In this document: in pieces, positions 1 to 7,107 of the stretch
How positions within the stretch are numbered: the first letter of the stretch is position 1
Layout: each line of letters starts with the position of its first letter
Assembly (NCBI GenBank): GCA_049599895.1
Contig: JBMYPC010000077.1
Location: 1-14,716 of the forward strand
Source of the DNA: Bacteriovoracaceae bacterium
Lineage (GTDB): Bacteria > Bdellovibrionota > Bacteriovoracia > Bacteriovoracales > Bacteriovoracaceae
Direction: 5' to 3'
Length of the DNA stretch: 14,716 bases
Notes under the pieces: model-generated
Databases searched by the model: none
What the model was told of the DNA's origin: nothing
Seen by the model: only the letters and a program-made list of their open reading frames with translations
Position numbers and translations under genes: made by a program

Positions 1-192
1 TTCATCGATCTCATCTTTATTTTGTGAATAATATTTTTCATCAATGAGGATTTGATCAATTTGATTGTGAGTAAACTGAGAATATTTTTTGATAACTTTT
101 AGGCTATCGAGAATAACATGTGAATGAAGTTCAGAACTCTTAAGTTTTGAAAAAAGATCAAGAAGTTCATCAAGGTTTAAAGGAAAGTTCAC
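1..192 (-). CDS. Partial CDS (N-terminal 64 aa, runs off the left edge); function unknown, weakly resembles the N-terminal domain of TrmH/SpoU RNA methyltransferases
   Basis: Manual translation: GTG at 192-190 overlaps the uvrA TGA (GTGA overlap) and the frame is open to position 1: MNFPLNLDELLDLFSKLKSSELHSHVILDSLKVIKKYSQFTHNQIDQILIDEKYYSQNKDEIDE. The product guess is weak. Confidence 0.7.
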   Translation of the reverse strand, partial: MNFPLNLDELLDLFSKLKSSELHSHVILDSLKVIKKYSQFTHNQIDQILIDEKYYSQNKDEIDE

Positions 193-2996
193 AGATAACC
201 TTTAAGATATTTACCAGTGTGAGACTTTTTGATTTTAGCAATATCCTCAGGTGTTCCCGTGGCAATAATTTCTCCACCCTTATCCCCGCCTTCTGGTCCA
301 AGATCAATGATCCAATCCGCCATTTTGATAACATCAAGGTTGTGCTCAATGATAAGAACAGTATTTCCTTGATCGATGAGGCGAGTGATCGCCATAAGAA
401 GGGCACTGATATCTTGGAAATGAAGCCCTGTAGTCGGTTCGTCGAGAATGTAGAGGCAGTGACCTTTGGTTTTTTTAGAAAGTTCACGACAAAGTTTGAG
501 TCTTTGCGCTTCACCACCAGAGAGAGTTGTCGCACTTTGGCCTAGTTTCATATAGCCGAGCCCAACTTCGCACAAGACGCTGGTTGCTCTGTGAATTTTG
601 GCATGGTTTGAAAAGAACTCATTGGCCTCCTCAATACTCATGTTGAGAACTTCCGAAATGTTCTTTCCTTTGTAAAGAACAGAAAGTGTTTCAGGATTAT
701 AGCGTTTTCCATTACAATCATGGCAAGTCACATAAACATCGGGGAGAAAGTGCATTTCTACTTTTATTGAGCCATTTCCTTCACAGGTTTCACAGCGTCC
801 ACCTTTTACGTTGAAGCTAAACCTTCCGGCTTTATAGCCTCTGATTTGCGCTTCTTGAGTTTTAGAAAAAAGTGTTCGAATCTCATCAAAGAGTCCGGTG
901 TAGGTGGCTGGATTTGATTTGGGCGTTCTTCCAATTGGGCTTTGGTCAAGTTCTATAATTTGTTTGATATTATCGATTCCAGCAATGCCCTGATAATTGT
1001 TTCGCTTATAAAGGATGCGATTTGTTCTGGTAAGATTATATTTAATCGCAGGAACGAGAACTTCGTGAATTAAAGTGGATTTTCCTGAACCACTGACACC
1101 GGTAATGCAAAGAAGTCCTTCAAGGGGAAATTTTACATCGAGACTTTTAAGATTGTTTTGTTTGGCACCTTTTAAAATGATCTCTTTTGTAAGCTCTCTT
1201 CTTTCACTTGGAGTATCGATAGTCAGAGATTGATTAAGGTATTTTGCGGTAAGAGATTTCTTTGATTTGAGAAAGTCTTTTTGAGGAAGACTCTCTGTTA
1301 TTTTCCCGCCATGAATTCCAGCTCCGGGGCCAATATCTATAATATGATCGGCGGCACGAATTGTTTCTTCATCGTGCTCGACAACAATGACAGTGTTACC
1401 GATATCTCTTAGGGCCTCAAGGGTTTCGATAAGCCGAGTGTTATCTCTTTGGTGGAGTCCAATGCTTGGTTCATCGAGAACATAAAGGACACCCGATAGA
1501 GAAGATCCGATCTGTGTGGCAAGTCGGATTCTTTGGCTTTCTCCGCCAGAAAGAGTATTTGAAGGCCTGGAGAGCGTTAAATAATTAAGGCCAACGTTGA
1601 GAAGGAACTCAAGACGACTCTTAATCTCTTTTAAAAGCTTTTCTGCAATCAAATTCTGATGCTTTGTGAGTTTGAGTTTTTTGAAGAAATCAAAAAGAGT
1701 ATCAATAGGATACTCTGTGAGTTCGATAATATTTTTCTTTTGTATAAGAGTTGAAAGAGCAACTTCGTTTAATCTAAGTCCACGACAACTAGGACAAACA
1801 CTGGTGTTAATGTATTCTTCTAATGATTTTCTTGTTCGCTCACTCGATGTTTCGCGATACTTCTTTTCAAGCCAAGCAATAATCCCTGGGAAAACTTTAG
1901 AAAATTCAAAGTGAGAGTTCTCTGAATCGAAACTATAAGTATAAGTTTTGTTGGATCCATAAAGCAGGATATCGACAAACTCTTTTTTGAGGTCTTTATA
2001 GGGCGTTGTCATTTTGACTTTTTCAGCCTTAGCGACAGATTCCACCATTTTATAAAGAAAATTATTGCGAAGAAGGATTGAAAGCGCGCCATCTTTTAAA
2101 GAAAGATTGGAGTCATTCAGCATTAGATCAATTGAGAAAGTTTTAACATGTCCAAGACCATTACATTTTTCACAAGCTCCAAGCGGGGAGTTGAATGAAA
2201 AGAGTCTCGGTTCAAGGTCGGGGAAAACTCGACCCGTTTGAGGAGAAAGAAGCTTTTCACTAAAAAGATAATCTTGATCATCAATTAAAATATGAATACT
2301 ACTGTCCCCTAAGCGAAGCGCCAGTTCAATGGAGTCGATCATTCGTTTCTTATTTTGTTTTTTTAAAACAAGACGATCAACAACGATGGAGACTTTGTCA
2401 GAAAGATTAAGATTTTTTGGATCAAGCTCTTCAATCCTTTCGACCTCTCCGTTAACGAGAACTCTCACATAGCCTTGAGCACTGAAGCCACTAAGTTTAC
2501 TTTTAAGCTCTTTTTTATCCTTAAAGGTAAAAGGGGCGCAGAGATAGACTTTAGAGTTCTCTTTTGATTTAAAGATTTCTTTTAGGATTTCACTTGGTGA
2601 ATAACGCCTTACAACTTCACCAGTATCTGGACAATGAAGAGTTCCGATACGAGCAAAGAGAACTCTCATGTAATCAAATATTTCAGTGACAGTTCCAACG
2701 GTTGATCTTGGATTTCTTGAACTGGTCTTTTGGTCAATGGCAATAGCGGGAGAAAGTCCACTTATATGTTCAACATCCGGTGGTTGATATTGAGTGAGAA
2801 ACTGCCTGGCATAACTTGAAAGAGATTCAATATATCGCCTCTGCCCTTCAACATAAATTGTATCAAAAGCCAGAGAAGATTTTCCGGAACCTGATGGACC
2901 TGTAATAACTGTTAAAGAATTTTTAGGAATAGAAACTGTGACTTCTTTTAGATTATGAACTTTCGCTTTATGAACATGGATCACATCATTTTTCAT
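189..2996 (-). CDS. uvrA: Excinuclease ABC subunit A (UvrA)
   Basis: 935 aa with two ABC ATPase modules: GPSGSGKSSLAFDTIYVEGQRRYIESLS, LSGGESQRIRLATQIGS, LDEPSIGLHQRD, GVSGSGKST, LSGGEAQR, LDEPTTGLH. Also DQSPIGRTPKSNPATYTG and the C-terminal Zn finger CETC...CHDC. Confidence 0.99.
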   Translation of the reverse strand: MKNDVIHVHKAKVHNLKEVTVSIPKNSLTVITGPSGSGKSSLAFDTIYVEGQRRYIESLSSYARQFLTQYQPPDVEHISGLSPAIAIDQKTSSRNPRSTVGTVTEIFDYMRVLFARIGTLHCPDTGEVVRRYSPSEILKEIFKSKENSKVYLCAPFTFKDKKELKSKLSGFSAQGYVRVLVNGEVERIEELDPKNLNLSDKVSIVVDRLVLKKQNKKRMIDSIELALRLGDSSIHILIDDQDYLFSEKLLSPQTGRVFPDLEPRLFSFNSPLGACEKCNGLGHVKTFSIDLMLNDSNLSLKDGALSILLRNNFLYKMVESVAKAEKVKMTTPYKDLKKEFVDILLYGSNKTYTYSFDSENSHFEFSKVFPGIIAWLEKKYRETSSERTRKSLEEYINTSVCPSCRGLRLNEVALSTLIQKKNIIELTEYPIDTLFDFFKKLKLTKHQNLIAEKLLKEIKSRLEFLLNVGLNYLTLSRPSNTLSGGESQRIRLATQIGSSLSGVLYVLDEPSIGLHQRDNTRLIETLEALRDIGNTVIVVEHDEETIRAADHIIDIGPGAGIHGGKITESLPQKDFLKSKKSLTAKYLNQSLTIDTPSERRELTKEIILKGAKQNNLKSLDVKFPLEGLLCITGVSGSGKSTLIHEVLVPAIKYNLTRTNRILYKRNNYQGIAGIDNIKQIIELDQSPIGRTPKSNPATYTGLFDEIRTLFSKTQEAQIRGYKAGRFSFNVKGGRCETCEGNGSIKVEMHFLPDVYVTCHDCNGKRYNPETLSVLYKGKNISEVLNMSIEEANEFFSNHAKIHRATSVLCEVGLGYMKLGQSATTLSGGEAQRLKLCRELSKKTKGHCLYILDEPTTGLHFQDISALLMAITRLIDQGNTVLIIEHNLDVIKMADWIIDLGPEGGDKGGEIIATGTPEDIAKIKKSHTGKYLKGYL

Positions 2997-3921
2997 TTAA
3001 GTTCCTTTGAATCCTAAGGGCCTCTTTGAGTTGATAAAGACATCCCTGGTAGTTTGCCTTATTTTTTCCATAAAGCCCAAAGGCCGTTCCGTGGTCAACA
3101 CTCATTCGCAAAAAGGGAAGCCCTAGAGTGATATTAAGACCGAAGCTTTGATAGAGTCCCTTATAATAACTTAACCCTTGGTCATGGTAGAGATAAACCT
3201 TTAGATATTCCTTAGAATCATAAAGATGCAGAGCATCTCCGGATATGGGACCAACAAATTCAGTTGCTTTTCTCTTGTTTTTTAGCTCAGAGATGGCCTC
3301 CTCTATGACAGAGTCTTCATTGCCAATTAGGCCATGTTCTCCCGCATGGGGATTAATGCCAGCGACAACAACTTTCTTTAGACTTTTTTGAAGCTTATCT
3401 AAAGAGCTGAGGGTCGTTGAAATTTTATGCGCAATCTGAGTAGAGCTTATCTGAGTCACTTCTTTTAAAGGGATGTGATCGCTTATGAGAATAATTGTTT
3501 CTGCATCGTTAACAAAACACATTGAAAGAGAATCAAGTTTGAACTTTTTTCTTAAAAAATCAGTGTGCCCTCCAGTGCTTTCACCATCTAGAAGAATTTG
3601 ATCTTTGCTACTGGGTAGAGTGATAAGAATATCTTGTTCTTTTATGTCTTTGATTGCTTCATTAAGTGAATTAGTTGTCTGAGTCTTAGAGTTTGAAGAA
3701 CATTCTTTCAGAGCAATTTTTTGATTCCAAAAATGAAGCTCTCCGTTTTCAAAACGATGATTGATAGAGCAATCTTTAAGGTATTTTGAAAGAGTTGATT
3801 CTTGGGAGTAAAGGAGAAATGATTTCTGCTGAACTTCACCTAGAAGAGAGTAGGACTTTAGAAATATCTCTAACCCAATACCCTTTTCATGACCTTGGGT
3901 GACTCTTATTTTTGAATTCAT
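2986..3921 (-). CDS. pdxA: 4-hydroxythreonine-4-phosphate dehydrogenase PdxA (divergent)
   Basis: 311 aa. Motifs GHTDF, SDHIPL, GINPHAGEHG, YHDQGL and NITLGLPFLRMSVDHGTA; all three metal-binding His motifs are present. Lies directly after a surA-like gene, a well-known synteny. Overlaps the uvrA start by 11 bp. Confidence 0.92.
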   Translation of the reverse strand: MNSKIRVTQGHEKGIGLEIFLKSYSLLGEVQQKSFLLYSQESTLSKYLKDCSINHRFENGELHFWNQKIALKECSSNSKTQTTNSLNEAIKDIKEQDILITLPSSKDQILLDGESTGGHTDFLRKKFKLDSLSMCFVNDAETIILISDHIPLKEVTQISSTQIAHKISTTLSSLDKLQKSLKKVVVAGINPHAGEHGLIGNEDSVIEEAISELKNKRKATEFVGPISGDALHLYDSKEYLKVYLYHDQGLSYYKGLYQSFGLNITLGLPFLRMSVDHGTAFGLYGKNKANYQGCLYQLKEALRIQRNLNEK

Positions 3922-3933
3922 AGAAACTTTGAA

Positions 3934-4845
3934 TTAAATGAAAAGCTTTACGAAATGCTTATCTTTTTGTTTTTGAAACCAAACGTCTTTGACTGTGCCA
4001 GCTTTCTTTTCAAAAAGCTCATAGTTAATTTGATTACGCTTTTTATGATAAAGATCTGATTCAACGAGATCGCGATCTTTCACATAAAAGACGTGATAAT
4101 AATCACCTAGTAAGACGGGCTTACTAAACTGATCTTTTTGGACTTTTTTAAGAGAGTTTCTAATTTGTGGAGACAGACCAGCCTCTGTCACAGCTCCAAT
4201 CACATTAGTCGTAATACCATTAAGATTAGAAGGAAGGTTTCCAGTGTTTTGATATTTTTTCATAATTGCTGGAAGCTTTTTAATCTGAGATCTTTTTACT
4301 GCCGACTTATTGATGATGAAATCAACAAGATCGAATTTTAGACTGACTGATGTTTTAGTAGAGTATCGATCATAGAACTCATTTTTAATCTCTTGCTCAC
4401 TCACTGAAATAAGAGGTCTAATGACTTTGACACTAAAAAGATTAATTTCAATTGTTTCACGAATAAGTTCAAAGTATTCATCAAAGCTCATTCCATTTGA
4501 ACTCAAAAACTGAAGAAGATCATTTCTTGTCAGACCTAGGCGAGTTTCTGTTTCTTTAACCTTACTTTCCACTTGATCATCAGTGATGTTGTAACCAACT
4601 TCAGCAAGATGTTTGCGAATCAACATTTGATTGACTGTGATGTTGGCAAGTTCCTTAATGGTCATTCTGTTTTTATTAAAAACGATGGGAAGAATATTTC
4701 TTCTGGCCGGGATTGTATTTTGAACTCTTTTTAATTGAGAAAGAGTGATGACATCGTCATCGATAACGGCAACGATTTTGTCTAAAAGTGCAGCATTTCC
4801 AGTCGCACAAAATAAAAGTGTAAAAAGAGTAAAAATCTTAATCAT
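3934..4845 (-). CDS. surA: SurA-like periplasmic chaperone (SurA N-domain plus degenerate parvulin domain)
   Basis: 303 aa. Signal peptide MIKIFTLFTLLFCATGNA, SurA N-terminal motif LLDKIVAVIDDDVITLSQL, VSEQEIKNEF, parvulin-like tail FSKPVLLGDYYHVFYVKDR. Upstream of pdxA. Confidence 0.8.
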   Translation of the reverse strand: MIKIFTLFTLLFCATGNAALLDKIVAVIDDDVITLSQLKRVQNTIPARRNILPIVFNKNRMTIKELANITVNQMLIRKHLAEVGYNITDDQVESKVKETETRLGLTRNDLLQFLSSNGMSFDEYFELIRETIEINLFSVKVIRPLISVSEQEIKNEFYDRYSTKTSVSLKFDLVDFIINKSAVKRSQIKKLPAIMKKYQNTGNLPSNLNGITTNVIGAVTEAGLSPQIRNSLKKVQKDQFSKPVLLGDYYHVFYVKDRDLVESDLYHKKRNQINYELFEKKAGTVKDVWFQKQKDKHFVKLFI

Positions 4846-4903
4846 TAAGAGAAGTTAGCTCTTAAATCAGGCTTTGAAAAGAGGCGCAAACCCTAGATTG
4901 TGC

Positions 4904-5725
4904 TTAGAGTAAATTCTTATTGATTTTAATCTGAGCGTTCTTTCTTAGAGATTTAAAGTACTTATCAATGATTGCATCGCGTTTTTCATCGTAAACAATC
5001 TTTTTGTAAAGCGGTAAGCTAATTGAATTAAAGCCTTTAATCCCAAGAACCTTCACAATATGAAAGCCGTATTGAGTTCGAATGGGAGGTGAGATGTATC
5101 CAACTTTTTTATTTTTTATTGCGTCGTAATACTCAGGAGCATAACGAATTGATGGTTGGTAACCTAAATCTCCACCGGCTCCAGCGGATGAACTTTGAGA
5201 AAACTTGTTAGCAAGCTCAGCAAACTTGTCTGGGTTTTTCTTTAAAGTGGAATAGATTTTGAGAGATTGTTCCAAGGCGGCATCGACTTCTTCTTTGCTT
5301 GGTTCAGCTCTTACTCTTAAAAGAATGTGAGCTGATCGTATCTCTTTATTATTTTTGTAATACCTTTCAACGTCTTTATCAGTTACTTTGATATCACGAA
5401 ATTGTGTTTCAAGGTCCTTAGAGATTTGAGCGTGGTAGAGGACGTCGTTAAGTTTTGTTTTAACAATTGGATCTTCTCCAAGATTGTTTGTCTCAGCTCT
5501 TTTGATTCCTAGCTGTCGATTAATAAGATCGTTTAAAACTTTTTCTTTTGAGACGGGCTCTTTTGAAACAAACATCATGCTTTTCTTATAAGCCTCTTCA
5601 AAATCAGACTTAAGGATTTTTTTACCGTTAACGGTAGCAATCACTTCTTTGTTGTTTGCAAAAGCATTAAGGCCTGGGAAAATTGCAAGAATAAGGGCCA
5701 TAGAAATAAGCGTCGTACTTTTCAT
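4904..5725 (-). CDS. Exported parvulin/PpiC-type peptidyl-prolyl cis-trans isomerase (PrsA/PEB4-like foldase)
   Basis: 273 aa. Signal peptide ending AFA, VIATVNGKKI, RSAHILL, FAELANKFS, GGDLGY, ISPPIRTQYGFHIVKV, LRKNAQIKIN. SD AAGGA upstream. Confidence 0.93.
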   Translation of the reverse strand: MKSTTLISMALILAIFPGLNAFANNKEVIATVNGKKILKSDFEEAYKKSMMFVSKEPVSKEKVLNDLINRQLGIKRAETNNLGEDPIVKTKLNDVLYHAQISKDLETQFRDIKVTDKDVERYYKNNKEIRSAHILLRVRAEPSKEEVDAALEQSLKIYSTLKKNPDKFAELANKFSQSSSAGAGGDLGYQPSIRYAPEYYDAIKNKKVGYISPPIRTQYGFHIVKVLGIKGFNSISLPLYKKIVYDEKRDAIIDKYFKSLRKNAQIKINKNLL

Positions 5726-5827
5726 ATAAATAAAATCCTTTTTAATACTTCTTTATTATTTTACTCAATTCTTTATGGATTTAAAGGGGTTATGGCAATT
5801 TGCAGTAATATATTTGAAATTTTTATG

Positions 5828-5867
5828 AAAAATAAAAAAGCCCGACCAAGAATATTGGTCAGGCTTT
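5828..5867 (-). terminator. Rho-independent terminator downstream of the two orphan genes
   Basis: Minus strand reads AAAGCCTGACCAA-TATTC-TTGGTCGGGCTTT (13-bp stem with one G-U pair) running into TTTTTTATTTTT, about 28 nt after the stop at 5896. Confidence 0.88.
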
Positions 5868-5895
5868 GGGGGGTATTGAATCAAACCTTGTGGGA

Positions 5896-6558
5896 TTAGG
5901 CGTCCCACCAGGTGCTTTTCACGTAGATAATTTTTCCTTCAACTAGGAAGATATGGTGATCAACATACATTCCACCACCTGGATAAAGCTCGATGCCATC
6001 AGAGAATTGAATGTGTAGAACAAGCTTTCCTTTAATTTGAGTTTCAAGATATTTAGCTATTTTGGTTTCTTCAGAATAGTCCATGTCATTAAGGTGAAGG
6101 TTATTAAAGCGGTCTACATGACGACTTTCACCAATAAAGGCACTGACGTGGCCAGCTTTCGTTTGACTTGCAGGAATTCCAAGAGCATCAGTAAGCTTTT
6201 TGGTTCCTTCAGTACCTAGACCTGCTTGAGCTTTATAACGAGACTTAAAAACATAGAGTCTTGTGACCCTCGAGTCATAATCGCTTTCATTGGTGTCTTC
6301 ATATCTTTTCATCTCTCTTACTTCTTGAAGGACATCGTAAGGAAGATTAATTCTTTTAACACAGATACTGTTCCAAGGATTAGATGAATTTCCTAGTTGA
6401 TCAGTAAGGCCTTCATCTTCAAACCGACTTTTACAAACAGATGAATCTTTGGTGAAATCCGGTGTCCCGGAATTTGTTAGTTCAGTGACCTTGTCATCAA
6501 TTTGTGCAAAGGTTTGAGTTGAAGTTAAGAGTGTGAGTGCTAGTAATAGTTTTTTCAT
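5896..6558 (-). CDS. Hypothetical secreted protein (220 aa)
   Basis: Sec signal peptide MKKLLLALTLLTSTQTFA|Q, G-rich SD (GGGGG) 4 nt before ATG, two Cys, followed by a terminator. No family recognised. Confidence 0.85.
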   Translation of the reverse strand: MKKLLLALTLLTSTQTFAQIDDKVTELTNSGTPDFTKDSSVCKSRFEDEGLTDQLGNSSNPWNSICVKRINLPYDVLQEVREMKRYEDTNESDYDSRVTRLYVFKSRYKAQAGLGTEGTKKLTDALGIPASQTKAGHVSAFIGESRHVDRFNNLHLNDMDYSEETKIAKYLETQIKGKLVLHIQFSDGIELYPGGGMYVDHHIFLVEGKIIYVKSTWWDA

Positions 6559-6589
6559 TTTTCCCCCAAAAAATAACTTGTTTTTGTTA

Positions 6590-6970
6590 TTAGTCTAAAA
6601 AGTTAAAGGTGCAGTAATAGTTTTCAGTCGCGATTTCAAATTCAGGTGCGATATAAGAATGAAATCCTGAGATTGAAAGAATTGTTTCGTAGTTTTCCTT
6701 GAAGATTTGAAAATAATAGTTCTCGAATCGATCAAATTCATCTGATTGAAAAGTCACAGTACAGCTTCGATGAGTTTGATTATTTCTTTTGTGGCTCACG
6801 CTGAGATTGAGTTCTTCGCCTTCACCAACTCCAACTGGTACGTCTTTTGTTTGTGACGCAATAAGATTGCCCATTGGCCCATACATTTTAAGTTCGACTT
6901 GTTTGGGAATATCTTGTGACCAAACAGATTGAACAAAAAGTAGCGTAAACAGTGTTGTAATGAGTTTCAT
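6590..6970 (-). CDS. Hypothetical secreted protein (126 aa)
   Basis: Signal peptide MKLITTLFTLLFVQSVWS|Q, GGGGGG SD-like run upstream, two Cys, beta-strand-like patterning. No family recognised. Confidence 0.8.
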   Translation of the reverse strand: MKLITTLFTLLFVQSVWSQDIPKQVELKMYGPMGNLIASQTKDVPVGVGEGEELNLSVSHKRNNQTHRSCTVTFQSDEFDRFENYYFQIFKENYETILSISGFHSYIAPEFEIATENYYCTFNFLD

Positions 6971-7047
6971 AATCCCCCCGATGATTAAATGAGCAGATAA
7001 TAGATCTTTTTTGTCGGGAAATAAAATATATTAAGATTATAAAATCG

Positions 7048-7062
7048 ATCTATTAATTAGAT
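7048..7062. promoter_or_regulatory. Candidate LysR-type (T-N11-A) binding palindrome upstream of the orphan pair
   Basis: ATCTA-TTAAT-TAGAT (ATC-N9-GAT) about 80 bp upstream of the ATG at 6970, within a very AT-rich spacer. Confidence 0.35.
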
Positions 7063-7107
7063 TGCTTCGTGCTGTAACTATCTTAAATTACATGTTTCTC
7101 GCAAGCC

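Noticed and set aside
147..545. ORFs 147..545 (+) and 170..535 (-)
   Set aside because: Antisense and alternate-frame shadows of the conserved uvrA 3' end; no independent coding evidence.
2986..3921. Alternative call as catabolic PdxA2 (D-threonate/D-erythronate 4-phosphate dehydrogenase)
   Set aside because: No four-carbon acid sugar kinase or transporter nearby; surA adjacency favours biosynthetic PdxA.
1666..6219. Short plus-strand ORFs 1666..1914, 4138..4341 and 6037..6219
   Set aside because: Each lies wholly antisense within a better-supported gene and has no recognisable motif.
5828..7107. Mobile element or integron-type cassette explanation for the orphan pair
   Set aside because: No transposase or integrase, terminal inverted repeats, target-site duplication or attC-like structure could be identified by eye.
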